Shown piece after piece: positions 46,989-57,946 of a stretch of 64,000 nucleotides of DNA. The first letter of the stretch is position 1, and each line of letters begins with the position of its first letter. The stretch is from an uncultured bacterium. Lineage in GTDB: Bacteria; Margulisbacteria; WOR-1; JAKLHX01. The translations under genes and the position numbers were made by a program. Under the pieces are notes generated by a model. The model searched no databases, was not told where the DNA came from, and saw only the letters and a program-made list of their open reading frames with translations. The DNA lies in NCBI GenBank assembly GCA_964603025.1, contig CAZRTO010000001.1:8428-72427 (forward strand). The letters are read 5' to 3'.

Positions 46989-48332
46989 TTATATCGTGCT
47001 ATCTATCCTGAAAAGCCTTTCCAAACCGAGCAAAGGTATCAGGAACGGTTTAATGCTGCACATCGTCTTGTTGACCCGCGACTGGCACTCTTCGACATTA
47101 TACCCTTTTTCGGAGAGCTTCCTTTTCAGGTTCACGCTTTCCGAATCGCACAGTCTTTTTGTGTCCTCTTCTTCCGTGTTAAAGAGCATCTTGACATTAT
47201 TATCCCTTACGATCACCGATACCACCATTTTCCCCAGCGCCTCGGTCTCAAGCCCTATGGCAATGTGCGTATCATTCATGTCGACCGCGTTCTTTCTTTT
47301 TGGGTCCTGTTTTACGATTATCTCCACGCTTGAAGGCGGGGTCAGCATGTTGTTAGGTATCTGATAATAAAGGTAGTCGTCCTGCTGCCCCATGTAGCTC
47401 TTGGATGCCCGCTGGCTTAGTATGGCCTGCGAAGTAAGGTTCTCCAAAAGGTCTCCGAGTTTTTTGGATGCGGCGATCACGGCTGACCTGGCGGCTTCGT
47501 TCTCAGGCGTGGCCGCGGCTTCTTTGGACAGGGCCCGGTTCTGTATACCGTCCAGAAGAGAATTGAGGGCCCTGATGTCGTTCATCAGATCGTCACGCCC
47601 TATCGCCGAGCTCCCCTCCGTGCCGAACTTATATTTTTTCGGCAGGTCCTCTATTATCGCCGAGAATTGCCCTATCAGCGATGTTATCTGAGATAAAAGT
47701 GCTGGAGGAAATGATGAAGCGTTCATCTGTATGGAGGCCGAGAGCTGGGCAAGAGAACTGTTGAGAGCCGAAAGCTGGCCGGTCACGTTCGGGGTCTCTG
47801 AAAGCTGGTTGGACAGCATTTTTACGGCCTCGGACGAATTCGTTATGCCTTTTGTGAGCAGGACCATGGCGGCCTCCTGGGTACTGGAGGATTTATTGGT
47901 CCCCTCCGTCATGGCCATGGCTTTTATAAAGTTCTCGCGGCTCAGCTCCACGCCGAACCTGAGCATAAGCGATGCCAGCTTAACATTGGCTTCTGTCGAA
48001 GGGATATTTATGGAAGTAAGGTGTGATGTAACATCGTTTACGGTAAGTTCCCTGACCGCCTGAGAAGCCGTTGTCGTTGAAGCAGAAGCGGTGGCCGTGG
48101 CTGCAGATGTCGAGGACTGCGCCGCAACTGACTGAGAAGCCTGAGTGGACGATGCCGCCTGGCTAGAGGACTGCGAAGATGCCGATTGGCTGGCAGACTG
48201 GGAAGAAGACGAGGTGGTTTGCTGAGTCTGGGTCTGTGTTTCCTGTTGCGTCTGGCTCTGGGATTTTGTCTGTGGCCATATCACCGGCTTGCCCGGATGT
48301 ATGCCGCCCGCGGAAGTTTGAAGATCGGCCAT
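46989..48332 (-). CDS. fliK: flagellar hook-length control protein FliK (Gln/Ser/Thr-rich)
   Basis: 447 aa. C-terminal Flg_hook-like segment (IAIGLETEALGKMVVSVIVRDNNVKMLFNTEEEDTKRLCDSESVNLKRKLSEKGYNV) and a low-complexity Q/S/T-rich N-terminal half. Confidence 0.65.
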   Translation of the reverse strand: MADLQTSAGGIHPGKPVIWPQTKSQSQTQQETQTQTQQTTSSSSQSASQSASSQSSSQAASSTQASQSVAAQSSTSAATATASASTTTASQAVRELTVNDVTSHLTSINIPSTEANVKLASLMLRFGVELSRENFIKAMAMTEGTNKSSSTQEAAMVLLTKGITNSSEAVKMLSNQLSETPNVTGQLSALNSSLAQLSASIQMNASSFPPALLSQITSLIGQFSAIIEDLPKKYKFGTEGSSAIGRDDLMNDIRALNSLLDGIQNRALSKEAAATPENEAARSAVIAASKKLGDLLENLTSQAILSQRASKSYMGQQDDYLYYQIPNNMLTPPSSVEIIVKQDPKRKNAVDMNDTHIAIGLETEALGKMVVSVIVRDNNVKMLFNTEEEDTKRLCDSESVNLKRKLSEKGYNVEECQSRVNKTMCSIKPFLIPLLGLERLFRIDSTI

Positions 48333-48350
48333 TGGTCACACCTCCACAAA

Positions 48351-48380
48351 ATGATATATTCACGGGCGGAAAAAGTCAAC
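48351..48380 (-). promoter_or_regulatory. putative sigma-70-type promoter for fliK (TTGACT-16/18-TATATC/TATCAT) containing TTTTTCCGC spacer motif
   Basis: Read on the minus strand as ttgactttttccgcccgtgaatatatcat, with RBS GGAGG before the ATG. Confidence 0.4.
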
Positions 48381-48450
48381 TTTTGGGAATATCGCACCCG
48401 TATATTGTATATATCGTGTATATCAATGGCAAACTTGCGGGAACCGATGA

Positions 48451-49176
48451 TTATTTCTGGGGCTTTGCCTGTGTCTTGGCTTTGGCATCTTCTTGAGCCG
48501 GCTGCTTGGCCTTGTCGGCGGCTGCTTGATCTCCCGCAGCGGCTTCGGCTGCAGGCGCTTCGGCGGCACCAACTTCTATAGAGGCCGCATCCGCAGTGGC
48601 TGCTGGAGCAGCTTCCTCTTCGGTCGGAGAGCTGACTATGGCCACCGGTTCGTCTTTTGGGGTAAGAATGGTCACGCCCTGAGGAGGCACTATACCAGAA
48701 ACGTGGATGGATTCCCCTATCTTCAGAGGGGACACGTCTACCTTGATCTTGTCGGGAATATTACCCGGAAGACATTTAACCTCAAGCTGTCTCATCGAGT
48801 GTACGAGTATGCCGCCCTCAAGCTTCACGCCTTCCGGCTCTCCGACAAACTCGATAGCGACCTTGGTCCTTATTTCCTCCTGCATATTGATCTTCAGAAA
48901 ATCTATATGCATAACCTGATCGGTCATGAAATCGGTCTGCAGATCGTGAGCGAGCACCGGTATGGATTGGGACCCTTTCTGGTCCTTTACCACAAGTGAT
49001 ATCAACGCGTTCTTGTTGGCCCCTTTGGAAAAAAGCGAGGAGAACTTCTTTCTGTCAACCTCTATGTTCAGCGGCTCCATACCCTGTCCGTAAACAACGG
49101 CAGGGATGCCCCCGCGCCCGCGGACCCTATTGCTTTTTTCGTTCCTTAGCGCTACTTCAAGATCAAGATTTTGCAT
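48451..49176 (-). CDS. rplY: 50S ribosomal protein L25 / general stress protein Ctc, with Ala/Glu-rich C-terminal extension
   Basis: 241 aa. L25 N-terminus (RGRGGIPAVVYG) and an AEAPAAEAAAG-type tail. Confidence 0.85.
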   Translation of the reverse strand: MQNLDLEVALRNEKSNRVRGRGGIPAVVYGQGMEPLNIEVDRKKFSSLFSKGANKNALISLVVKDQKGSQSIPVLAHDLQTDFMTDQVMHIDFLKINMQEEIRTKVAIEFVGEPEGVKLEGGILVHSMRQLEVKCLPGNIPDKIKVDVSPLKIGESIHVSGIVPPQGVTILTPKDEPVAIVSSPTEEEAAPAATADAASIEVGAAEAPAAEAAAGDQAAADKAKQPAQEDAKAKTQAKPQK

Positions 49177-49185
49177 ACGTTCTAA

Positions 49186-49500
49186 TTATAACTCGATTTT
49201 CCTGAAAAAACAACTTCTGTTGCCGGTATGGCAGGCCGGCCCGGTCTGCTTTATCTTGAGGAGGACGGCATCAGCATCACAGTCATAGTATATTTCCATG
49301 ACTTCCTGAATATTGCCTGAAGTCTCCCCTTTCATCCAGTATTTTTGCCTGCTTCTGCTCCAATACCAGGCCTTTCTGTCCTTTATGGTCCTCTCCAAAG
49401 ATTCTTTGTTCATATAAGCCAGCATCAGGACCTCATTTGTCTCATGGTCCTGCGCTATTGCCGGTATCAAGCCGTCCTTGTCAAATTTAAATTCCTGCAT
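49186..49500 (-). CDS. hisI: phosphoribosyl-AMP cyclohydrolase
   Basis: 104 aa. PRA-CH motifs (WMKGETSGN..., C..D.D.....C). Confidence 0.85.
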   Translation of the reverse strand: MQEFKFDKDGLIPAIAQDHETNEVLMLAYMNKESLERTIKDRKAWYWSRSRQKYWMKGETSGNIQEVMEIYYDCDADAVLLKIKQTGPACHTGNRSCFFRKIEL

Positions 49501-49520
49501 AAATATTCTCCGCGTCAGAT

Positions 49521-52500
49521 CTATTGTTCAGTCCTGGCAAATTCTATCCAGGCGCTGCCTGGCCCCGTTATCCGCTCAATGTTGCTGATCAGCTCCTGGC
49601 CGATGCGGGTGCCGTAGCTTTCGGACGCTGATACTATTTTATCACCGATATGTATATATGTGTCTTCTTCACCCTTGAACATGGCAAGAACGCTCTTCAG
49701 GTTCACAAGATCTTCCTGTCTGACCGAAGAAGACAACCTGATGTGTATGCTTCTTTTGGCGGATGTTTCCTCCAAAAGCTCGGCGGAATCAACAATGACC
49801 TGGGCTTCGTCATTCCTGAAATCCACTTTGCCTTTTATCACAAGGGCCGCGTCCTCCGAAAGCAGGAAGGACACTTTTTCATAGGTCTTGGGAAAAAAGA
49901 CCACGGCGACCGATCCCGTCAGGTCCTCTACCTGGGCGATCATCATCTGATCGTTCTTGCGCGTAGTGACCTTTCTTAGGTTCTTAAGGAGCCCTCCGAT
50001 GACCACGCTGGACCCCGCACCTTTTTCCGCTACCTCTCCCGCTCTGCATGTCGTGCGCATCAAAAGCTGCTCGCTTATGCTATGGAGAGGATGGTCCGAA
50101 AGATAGATCCCCAAAAGCTCCTTTTCCATGCGCAGCAGCTGGTCTTTTGGGAACTCCTCGGCATCATCCCCTGGAGCAGAAGCTGTCTCAGCCGACCTGA
50201 ACATGTCCTTATCGGAAAAAAGCGCGGCCTGTTTGGAGGAGGAACGGCCGTTCTTGCTGCTCCTTGAGAGCTCGCCTTCATACGAAGAAAGCAATCCCGC
50301 CCTTGTGCGGCCGAGGCCGTCAAAGGCCCCGCATTTGATGAGGCTTTCAAGGACCTTTTTATTTACCAGACGGTTGTCTATTCTGTCCGCAAAATCCCTG
50401 AACGACTTGAAAGGCCCGTCCTTTTTTCTGGACTCGAGGATGGAGTCTATGGCTCCGTAGCCCACGTTCTTGACGGCGGCCAGAGCGAATCTGATCCCTC
50501 CTTCCACCGGCATGAATTCCTTGTGGCTCTCATTTATGTCCGGCGGAAGCACCTTGATGCCCATTTTTCCCGACTCGGCAATGTAAAAACTGACCTTGTC
50601 GGTATCTCCCACAGCCGAGGTAAGCAGCGCCGCCATGAATTCCACCGGGTAATTAGCCTTCAGATAGGCTGTCTGATAGGATATCATTGCATACGCCGTG
50701 CTGTGGGATTTGTTGAACCCGTAACCAGCGAATTTTTCGCACAGGTCAAAGAGCTCCCTAGCCTTGACCTCCGGGAAACCTTTTTTTACTGCGCCGCTGA
50801 CGAACTTTTCACGCTGTTTTGCCATTTCAAGAGGATTTTTCTTCCCCATGGCATATCGCAGGACATCGGCCTCTCCCATGGTGAACCCGGCTATGGCGCT
50901 GGCTATCTGCATGACCTGCTCCTGATAAAGTATCACGCCGTACGTTTCTTCAAGTATCGGCTCGAGCTCCTTTAGTTCGTACGAAACTTTGTTGAGCCCT
51001 TTTTTTCTGTTGACAAAATCCTCAACCATGCCGCTCTCAAGAGGGCCCGGGCGGTAAAGCGCAAGAAGCGCTATTATATCCTCGAACCTGGACGGCTGAA
51101 GGTTCTTTATGAGAGCCCTCATCCCCTGACCTTCCAGCTGGAATATCCCTATGGTATCGCCCCTGGACAGAAGCTCATATGTCTTCTCGTCATCCAGAGG
51201 AAGTTTCTTCATATCAAGTTTTTTTTCGCGGATCTTTTCTATCAGTTCGACCGCTCTCGCTATCATGGTCAGGTTCCTGAGCCCCAGAAAATCCATCTTG
51301 AGCAGGCCGATCTTTTCTATCTCTTTCATGGCATATTGAGTAACGATCTGGTCATCGCCGGAAAGCTGCAGGGGAACGTACTCCGACAGGGGCTTCTGCG
51401 ATATGACCACCCCCGCGGCATGCACCGAAGCATGTCTGCTGAGCCCCTCGAGGGTCTTTGCGGTATCTATGAGGTTCTTTACGTTCGAGTCTGAAGAATA
51501 GGCTGTCTTGAACTCCTTCACCTCGGAAAGCGCTTTGTCTATCGAAGCGTCGGGAGAAGCGGGGATCATTTTTGCTATGCGGTCCACTTCAGCCAGGGGG
51601 ACCCTCAGGACGCGTCCGACATCCCTTATGGCCCCTCGCGCCGCCATGGTGCCGAAAGTGATGATCTGGGCAACGTGGTCAGCGCCGTATTTGCGGCAGA
51701 CATAGTCTATGACCTCCTGCCTGCGCTCATAGCAGAAATCCGTATCTATATCAGGCATCGTCACGCGTTCGATGTTCAGGAATCTCTCGAATATCAGGTT
51801 ATACCTGAGAGGATCTATATCCGTTATGCCTGTGGCGTAGGATACTATACTTCCGGCTGCCGACCCTCTGCCCGGACCTACCTCTATATCTTTGCTTTTG
51901 GCGTAATTTATGAAATCCTGGACGACCAGAAAGAACGGCGCATATCCCATCTTTTCTATGACAGAGAGCTCATAGCGCACTCGTTCCTCTACCTCGCGCG
52001 AAGGATCCGGGCCGTACCTTTTTCGGACACCTTTCTCCACGAGTTCCTGCAGGAAGGACATGTGAGTATGCCCCTCGGGTACCGGAAAATCCGGAAAGTG
52101 AAGTTTGCCGGTCTCAAGTTCAAAATTACATTTCCCGGCGATCTCAACCGTATTATCCAGCGCCGATTCCATCTCCCCGAAAATAGCCGACATCTCTTCG
52201 GCGGACTTGAGATAAAATTCCTCACCGGAAAATCTCATCCTGGTCTCGTCATCATACGTGCGGCCGGTCCCGATACACATCAGGACGTCCTGAGCCCTTG
52301 CATCTTCACGCTTCGTATAATGGGAGTCGTTTGTGGCCACGAGAGGAATGCCCAGGGTCTTCGACATCTCCGCGAGTTTTTTTAATACTGCCGTCTGTTC
52401 AGGTATCCCGTTGTCCATCACCTCAAGGTAAAAATCCCCGGAGAACCTTTCTTTGAACCATTTGGCGCAAGACAGGGCTTCCTCTTCTTTTCCGGAAAGG

Positions 52501-52949
52501 ATCAAAGAAGGTATCTGGCCGGCCAGGCAGCCGCTCAATACGACCAGGTCTTTTCCGTATCTTTCGAGAAGTTCCCTGTCAACACGGGGCTTTTGATAAA
52601 AGCCCTCGGTATTTGAATGCGTGACGAGGGAAAGCATGTTGCGGTAGCCCAAGGCGCTCTTTGCCAGCACCGTGAGATGATAAGGAGACCGGTCCTCCCG
52701 CGTCTCCTTATCAAATCGTGTGCGCGGGGCAAGATACATCTCGCAGCCTATTATCGGTTTGATGCCGGCTTTTTTGGCAGCCAGATAGAACTTGACCGCG
52801 CAACACATATTGCCGTGGTCGGTCACGGCAACGGACTCCATCCCGAGCTCTTTGGTCCTCTTTATGATGTCGTCCAGCCTGCTGGCACCGTCCAACAGGC
52901 TGAATTCGCTGTGAACATGCAGATGGACAAAATCCCTGGACCGGATCAT
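49521..52949 (-). CDS. dnaE: DNA polymerase III subunit alpha
   Basis: 1142 aa. PHP domain at the N-terminus, then polymerase core, HhH and OB domains. Confidence 0.95.
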   Translation of the reverse strand: MIRSRDFVHLHVHSEFSLLDGASRLDDIIKRTKELGMESVAVTDHGNMCCAVKFYLAAKKAGIKPIIGCEMYLAPRTRFDKETREDRSPYHLTVLAKSALGYRNMLSLVTHSNTEGFYQKPRVDRELLERYGKDLVVLSGCLAGQIPSLILSGKEEEALSCAKWFKERFSGDFYLEVMDNGIPEQTAVLKKLAEMSKTLGIPLVATNDSHYTKREDARAQDVLMCIGTGRTYDDETRMRFSGEEFYLKSAEEMSAIFGEMESALDNTVEIAGKCNFELETGKLHFPDFPVPEGHTHMSFLQELVEKGVRKRYGPDPSREVEERVRYELSVIEKMGYAPFFLVVQDFINYAKSKDIEVGPGRGSAAGSIVSYATGITDIDPLRYNLIFERFLNIERVTMPDIDTDFCYERRQEVIDYVCRKYGADHVAQIITFGTMAARGAIRDVGRVLRVPLAEVDRIAKMIPASPDASIDKALSEVKEFKTAYSSDSNVKNLIDTAKTLEGLSRHASVHAAGVVISQKPLSEYVPLQLSGDDQIVTQYAMKEIEKIGLLKMDFLGLRNLTMIARAVELIEKIREKKLDMKKLPLDDEKTYELLSRGDTIGIFQLEGQGMRALIKNLQPSRFEDIIALLALYRPGPLESGMVEDFVNRKKGLNKVSYELKELEPILEETYGVILYQEQVMQIASAIAGFTMGEADVLRYAMGKKNPLEMAKQREKFVSGAVKKGFPEVKARELFDLCEKFAGYGFNKSHSTAYAMISYQTAYLKANYPVEFMAALLTSAVGDTDKVSFYIAESGKMGIKVLPPDINESHKEFMPVEGGIRFALAAVKNVGYGAIDSILESRKKDGPFKSFRDFADRIDNRLVNKKVLESLIKCGAFDGLGRTRAGLLSSYEGELSRSSKNGRSSSKQAALFSDKDMFRSAETASAPGDDAEEFPKDQLLRMEKELLGIYLSDHPLHSISEQLLMRTTCRAGEVAEKGAGSSVVIGGLLKNLRKVTTRKNDQMMIAQVEDLTGSVAVVFFPKTYEKVSFLLSEDAALVIKGKVDFRNDEAQVIVDSAELLEETSAKRSIHIRLSSSVRQEDLVNLKSVLAMFKGEEDTYIHIGDKIVSASESYGTRIGQELISNIERITGPGSAWIEFARTEQ

Positions 52950-52950
52950 T

Positions 52951-53094
52951 TTACTTCGCCGCCCCTATTTTGAACATCTTGGTACCGCAGGTCGAGCACA
53001 CACCGCTCACGGCCGGTTTGCCGTTCTTCAGGGTGACTTCCTGGGCATCCTTCATTTCTTTTTTAGATTTGCACTTAACGCAATAAGCTTCCAC
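52951..53094 (-). CDS. small zinc-ribbon protein (47 aa; CxxC...CxxC)
   Basis: GTG start preceded by RBS AGGGGG at a 10-nt spacing. Translation is (M)EAYCVKCKSKKEMKDAQEVTLKNGKPAVSGVCSTCGTKMFKIGAAK. Absent from the track because it is under 60 aa. Sits between carB and dnaE. Confidence 0.55.
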   Translation of the reverse strand: MEAYCVKCKSKKEMKDAQEVTLKNGKPAVSGVCSTCGTKMFKIGAAK

Positions 53095-53154
53095 TACAAG
53101 ATCACCCCCTTATCTATTTCCCGAGTTGATTATGCGGACAATACTAAGCTTATA

Positions 53155-56100
53155 CTACAAAAAGTATTCTTGCAAGGGTTTTACGAGAAGGTCGTTTTTC
53201 TTAAGGGATTCAACAGCGCTTGCCAGGGCCGAGGCGCCGGATATGGTCGTGACCACAAGTATGTTCTTCATTAGCGCTTCTCTTCTTATATGGAACTCGT
53301 CCTCTCTGGATCCTTTGCCCATAGGAGTGTTTATAACATACTGTATCTTGCCCGACTTGATCTCGTCGACTATATTGGGCCGCCCCTCGCTCACTTTGTT
53401 AACCCTGCGCACGGAGACCCCGCTCCTTCCAAGGGAGTTGGCCGTGCCCTCGGTGGCCACTATCTCAAATCCCAAAAGCGAGAAGTTCTTGGCTATCGGG
53501 ACCACGCTGCGCTTATCCTTGTCCTTGACGGAAATGAATACCGAACCTGACACCGGAAGCTTCTCTCCGGCGCCGAGCTGGGCCTTGGCAAAAGCCTCTC
53601 CGAACCTGTTTGAGAGGCCCATGACCTCTCCCGTGGATCTCATCTCCGGCCCCAGTATTATGTCCTGCTTGGAGAACTTGATAAAAGGGAGTACGGCCTC
53701 TTTGACCGAGATATGCTCTGGCGAAGGCTCTTTGACCCCCAGGCTTTTCAGCGTCTTGCCTCCCATCACCCTGGCAGCTAATTTAGCCCAGGGAATGCCG
53801 GTAGCCTTGCTCACAAAAGGGACCGTCCTTGAAGCGCGCGGATTGACCTCAAGAACATACACTCTGTCGTTCTTATATGCGTACTGAACGTTCATGAGCC
53901 CTACGACCTTCAGTTTCCTGGCCATCAACTTGGTGTATTCCTTTATCTTCTCGATGGTCTCGGAACCGAGAGAATACGGAGGAAGAACGCATGCGCTGTC
54001 GCCGCTGTGTATACCGGCTTCCTCGATGTGTTCCATTATGCCGGCAATGACCACTTCTTTGCCGTCAGCGACGCAGTCGACATCTATCTCGACGGCATCT
54101 TCAAGGAACTGATCTATCAGCACGGGATGGTCCGGAGATACTTCTGCGGCTTTTTTCATATAATCTCTCAGCATGCTCTCGTCATAAACTATCTGCATTG
54201 CGCGGCCTCCCAGCACGTAGGAAGGCCTGACCAGCACCGGATAGCCCACCCTTGCCGCTATGATCACCGCATCTTCGACGGACATCGCGCTGCCGTTACT
54301 TGGCCTCGGGATATCCAGTTTGGCGAGCAGCTTTTCAAACCTTTTCCTGTCCTCGGCTATATCTATCGAATCAGAGGATGTCCCGAGAAGCCTGACCCCG
54401 GCTTTTTCCAGCGGAACGGAAAGCTTTAGAGGTGTCTGCCCTCCCAGCTGCACTATCACCCCGTAAGGTCTTTCCTTTTCTACTATGTTCATGACGTCTT
54501 CAAAGGTCATGGGCTCGAAATAAAGCCTGTCGGAAGTGTCGTAGTCGGTCGAGACCGTTTCCGGATTGCAGTTGACCATGATCGTTTCAAATCCGTCATT
54601 CTTCAGTGCGAACGCGGCATGGACACAGCAGTAGTCGAACTCTATCCCCTGGCCTATCCGGTTCGGGCCGCCGCCGAGTATCATTATCTTGGGCCTTTCA
54701 CACGGCATGACCTCATCCTCTTTTTCGTAAGTGGAATAGTAATACGGAGTATATGATTCAAATTCGGCCGCGCACGTATCAACGGTCTTGTAGACAGGGA
54801 TTATACCGTCAGACACCCTTTTAGATCGGATGTCCTGCTCGGCCATACCGCGCAATTTGGCTATCTGGGCATCGGAAAAGCCGTAGCGCTTGGCCTCTTT
54901 CAGCAGCTGCGCATCAAGATCCCCTGCGGAAGCTATCTTCTTCTCCATCTCGACTATCTGCAAGATATTGTCCAGGAACCACTTATTGATCCCGCTCAGC
55001 TTGCAGATCTCTTCGATCGACATACCGGATTTCAAGGCGTATTTTATGTAGTAGAGCCGTTCGCTGCCGGGGACTTTTATCTTGACTCGCACTTCTTCCG
55101 GATCGGGCCCTTTTATGTCACTGTGTGCTCCTGAATATATCGACAGCTGCACGTTGTCCCGGCCGCCGCTCCCGCCACCGGATGCTCCTTTAGGGTCGTC
55201 AAGTCCGCACACTCCAGTTTCCAGAGACCTCAGGGCTTTTTGCAGGGATTCTTTGAACGTCCTGCCGATCGCCATGGCCTCTCCGACCGATTTCATCTGG
55301 GTGCCCAGCACCGGATCGGTCCCCGGGAATTTCTCAAAGTTAAAACGCGGGATCTTTGTGACCACATAATCTATGGAAGGCTCGAAAGATGCCGGGGTCT
55401 TTTTTGTTATGTCGTTGGGGATCTCGTCAAGCGTATACCCCACCGCGAGCTTGGCCGCTATTTTCGCGATCGGGAACCCGGTCGCTTTTGAAGCCAGAGC
55501 CGAAGACCTGGACACGCGGGGGTTCATCTCTATTATCACTACCCTGCCGTTCTCCGGATGTACGGCGAACTGGACGTTGGAGCCCCCGGTATCAACTCCT
55601 ATCTCCCTCATAACGGCAATGGAATGGTCGCGCAGTCTCTGATATTCTTTGTCGGTAAGGGTCTGCGCCGGAGCGACCGTGATGCTGTCGCCGGTGTGTA
55701 TGCCCATGGGGTCCAGGTTCTCTATCGGACAGATTATGACAACGTTATCCTTGAGGTCCCTCATCACCTCAAGCTCATATTCTTTCCAGCCGATGAGGGA
55801 CTCTTCTATAAGCACCTGTTTGATCGGACTTAGAAAAAGTCCGTGAGATATCTTTTCCTTCAGCTCTTCGGTATTGTACACTATCCCGCCGCCGGCACCT
55901 CCGAGAGTAAAGGCTGGCCGCAGTATGGCGGGGAATCCGATCTCTTCTATTACCCCTAGAGCTTCTTCAACGCTGTAAACATTCCTGCTCTTTGGGAGCT
56001 CAAGGCCGATATTTTGCATGGCGTCCTTGAAGAGCTGCCGGTCTTCGGCTTTTTTTATGGCCTCAAGACTGGCGCCTATGAGCTTGACGCCGTATTTCTT

Positions 56101-56424
56101 CAGGACTCCTCTTTCGGCCAAGGCTACCGTGGTGTTCAGTCCGGTCTGGCCGCCTATCGTGGGAAGTATAGCATCCGGACGTTCTGCGGAAATGATCTTT
56201 TCGACTATTTCCGGGGTTATCGGCTCAATATATGTCCTGTCCGCGAACTCGGGATCGGTCATGACCGTAGCAGGATTGCTGTTCACAAGGACTACTTTGT
56301 AGCCTTCTTCCTTGAGAGCTTTGCACGCCTGTGTGCCTGAGTAGTCGAATTCGCAAGCCTGCCCGATAACTATGGGCCCCGAGCCGATGAGGAGGATCTT
56401 TTTGATATCGGTTCTTTTGGGCAT
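53155..56424 (-). CDS. carB: carbamoyl-phosphate synthase large subunit
   Basis: 1089 aa. Duplicated ATP-grasp halves and an MGS-like C-terminal domain. Confidence 0.95.
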   Translation of the reverse strand: MPKRTDIKKILLIGSGPIVIGQACEFDYSGTQACKALKEEGYKVVLVNSNPATVMTDPEFADRTYIEPITPEIVEKIISAERPDAILPTIGGQTGLNTTVALAERGVLKKYGVKLIGASLEAIKKAEDRQLFKDAMQNIGLELPKSRNVYSVEEALGVIEEIGFPAILRPAFTLGGAGGGIVYNTEELKEKISHGLFLSPIKQVLIEESLIGWKEYELEVMRDLKDNVVIICPIENLDPMGIHTGDSITVAPAQTLTDKEYQRLRDHSIAVMREIGVDTGGSNVQFAVHPENGRVVIIEMNPRVSRSSALASKATGFPIAKIAAKLAVGYTLDEIPNDITKKTPASFEPSIDYVVTKIPRFNFEKFPGTDPVLGTQMKSVGEAMAIGRTFKESLQKALRSLETGVCGLDDPKGASGGGSGGRDNVQLSIYSGAHSDIKGPDPEEVRVKIKVPGSERLYYIKYALKSGMSIEEICKLSGINKWFLDNILQIVEMEKKIASAGDLDAQLLKEAKRYGFSDAQIAKLRGMAEQDIRSKRVSDGIIPVYKTVDTCAAEFESYTPYYYSTYEKEDEVMPCERPKIMILGGGPNRIGQGIEFDYCCVHAAFALKNDGFETIMVNCNPETVSTDYDTSDRLYFEPMTFEDVMNIVEKERPYGVIVQLGGQTPLKLSVPLEKAGVRLLGTSSDSIDIAEDRKRFEKLLAKLDIPRPSNGSAMSVEDAVIIAARVGYPVLVRPSYVLGGRAMQIVYDESMLRDYMKKAAEVSPDHPVLIDQFLEDAVEIDVDCVADGKEVVIAGIMEHIEEAGIHSGDSACVLPPYSLGSETIEKIKEYTKLMARKLKVVGLMNVQYAYKNDRVYVLEVNPRASRTVPFVSKATGIPWAKLAARVMGGKTLKSLGVKEPSPEHISVKEAVLPFIKFSKQDIILGPEMRSTGEVMGLSNRFGEAFAKAQLGAGEKLPVSGSVFISVKDKDKRSVVPIAKNFSLLGFEIVATEGTANSLGRSGVSVRRVNKVSEGRPNIVDEIKSGKIQYVINTPMGKGSREDEFHIRREALMKNILVVTTISGASALASAVESLKKNDLLVKPLQEYFL

Positions 56425-56464
56425 TCTAAAATTTGATTATAACACGAGGCCTGCCAGGCATGTT

Positions 56465-56500
56465 GCGGTATTTCTTCAAATATTCGGCAATATAGTGTAT
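56465..56500 (+). promoter_or_regulatory. putative sigma-70 promoter (TTCAAA-17-TATAAT, TG-extended) for the 473-aa hypothetical gene
   Basis: ttcaaatattcggcaatatagtgtataat, followed about 25 nt later by RBS AAAGGGGAAGGT-ATG. Confidence 0.45.
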
Positions 56501-56524
56501 AATCCTAGTTCAAAAGGGGAAGGT

Positions 56525-57946
56525 ATGCCCATAGAAGGAATGCCCGGTTCTAACCAACAGGCCGCTTTCGGCGCCGCTGGCGGCGTGGCAGCCACAGGTT
56601 TTGACCGGATCTTCGGCAAGGACAAAAAAGACCAGCCTATCGACCCCGAAGTTCAGGCGAAATTCAAGAACGCCCTTGTAGATATGATCAGCACCGATGC
56701 CGCCCCCGTGGTCGACACAAAAAGAGAACGAAAACCCATGGAAGAACAGATGCTCTATCAGGAAGAACTAAAGCGCATATCAGATCACCGGCTCGGAGAA
56801 GTGGTCAGGCCGGCCGAAAAAAAGCCCAGGGAAAAACAGCAGGCCGAGCAGAATGAAAGAAGCGCCGAAGGGACCGAAGAGGACCAGCAGGGAGCCGCAG
56901 CCGAGTACATGAGCACCGCGGACCGGCTTAAGAGCGTGGAAGAGGACCTTCTGAAGAACTATATAGCCCTGAGCGCAAAAAGGATCGTGGGAAGGCCCAA
57001 GGACGCCATGGAAGGCGTGAAGATCGATCTCGGAGCCCTGAAAAACCAGCTTCTCGTCCGCGGGTTCAAGATGGACGACTTCGATTATCTAGACCAGAGA
57101 GCATCGGAACTGATGAAGGAAAGCTTCCTCACTTTGATCAAGGACAAGTTCACAAAATCCCCGGAAACCCCTCTGGAAATGGCCGAGTGGATACTAAACT
57201 CCAAACGCGGGAAAACCGTGGCGGAGCTGCTGGCGCTTTTTGAAAAGGACTCTCTCAGTATCCGCGAAAAGGAAGAGCTTCTCAGGACTTTCGAGATCCC
57301 CGATCTTGTGCAGATCGCGTCTTACATGCGCCTTGACATCGACGCCTGGATGAACATCCTGCAGAAGGAAAGCGTAAGGATACAAAGCCTTGAAGGGGCT
57401 GATGTGTTCTTCCATATACTTGAACTGCCGAAGATGGAAGAGATCTCCGTGGTCACGGACAATTTCAGGCTTTCCCAGATGGAATATATGATGGAAGACA
57501 GTCTGACCAAAAAATTCGGACTTTTTTTCAAACTGGCTCAACTCAGCAACGAGCTGCAGCTGCGCGGCATAAGCAGGGATACGCTGGAGGAGATAAAGAC
57601 ACAGGCAAGGAAAATAGCCTGGATCAAGACGATAGCCTCCCTGAAAGAGATACATCTAAACAGGATACTCACCACATCATCCATGGAATTCCTAAGGTCT
57701 TCGAGAAAGATAGAAAAACTTACCAAGCGAGCGAAAAAGCTCGGCTACGACATCCCGCAGGAAGGCATAAAATGGATAGAGACCGGACTTACAAAGCTAG
57801 GGCTGGACACCGCCAAATACAAGCTCGAACTTATGCGGTCGCTACAAAAGATAAGCTTCGATCCGAAAAGGGACGACGACATCAAGAGGCTGTCGAAGAT
57901 CATCGCCTCGCTGGCAAAGAAGCTGCCGACTAATCCAACCCCATGA
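56525..57946 (+). CDS. hypothetical protein (Gly/Ala-rich then Lys/Glu-rich N-terminus; alpha-helical C-terminal ~350 aa)
   Basis: Start at MPIEGMPGSNQQ (ATG at 56525) with RBS AAAGGGGAAGG. The track ORF start at 56372 would overlap the divergent carB start. No recognisable domain. Confidence 0.55.
   Translation: MPIEGMPGSNQQAAFGAAGGVAATGFDRIFGKDKKDQPIDPEVQAKFKNALVDMISTDAAPVVDTKRERKPMEEQMLYQEELKRISDHRLGEVVRPAEKKPREKQQAEQNERSAEGTEEDQQGAAAEYMSTADRLKSVEEDLLKNYIALSAKRIVGRPKDAMEGVKIDLGALKNQLLVRGFKMDDFDYLDQRASELMKESFLTLIKDKFTKSPETPLEMAEWILNSKRGKTVAELLALFEKDSLSIREKEELLRTFEIPDLVQIASYMRLDIDAWMNILQKESVRIQSLEGADVFFHILELPKMEEISVVTDNFRLSQMEYMMEDSLTKKFGLFFKLAQLSNELQLRGISRDTLEEIKTQARKIAWIKTIASLKEIHLNRILTTSSMEFLRSSRKIEKLTKRAKKLGYDIPQEGIKWIETGLTKLGLDTAKYKLELMRSLQKISFDPKRDDDIKRLSKIIASLAKKLPTNPTP

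Noticed and set aside
53126-53887. 253-aa plus-strand ORF
   Set aside because: Antisense to carB, whose ATP-grasp domains are unambiguous.
56372-56524. Longer 524-aa version of the plus-strand hypothetical, starting at 56372
   Set aside because: It would overlap the divergent carB start codon and would precede the TTCAAA-17-TATAAT promoter and RBS, which point to the ATG at 56525.
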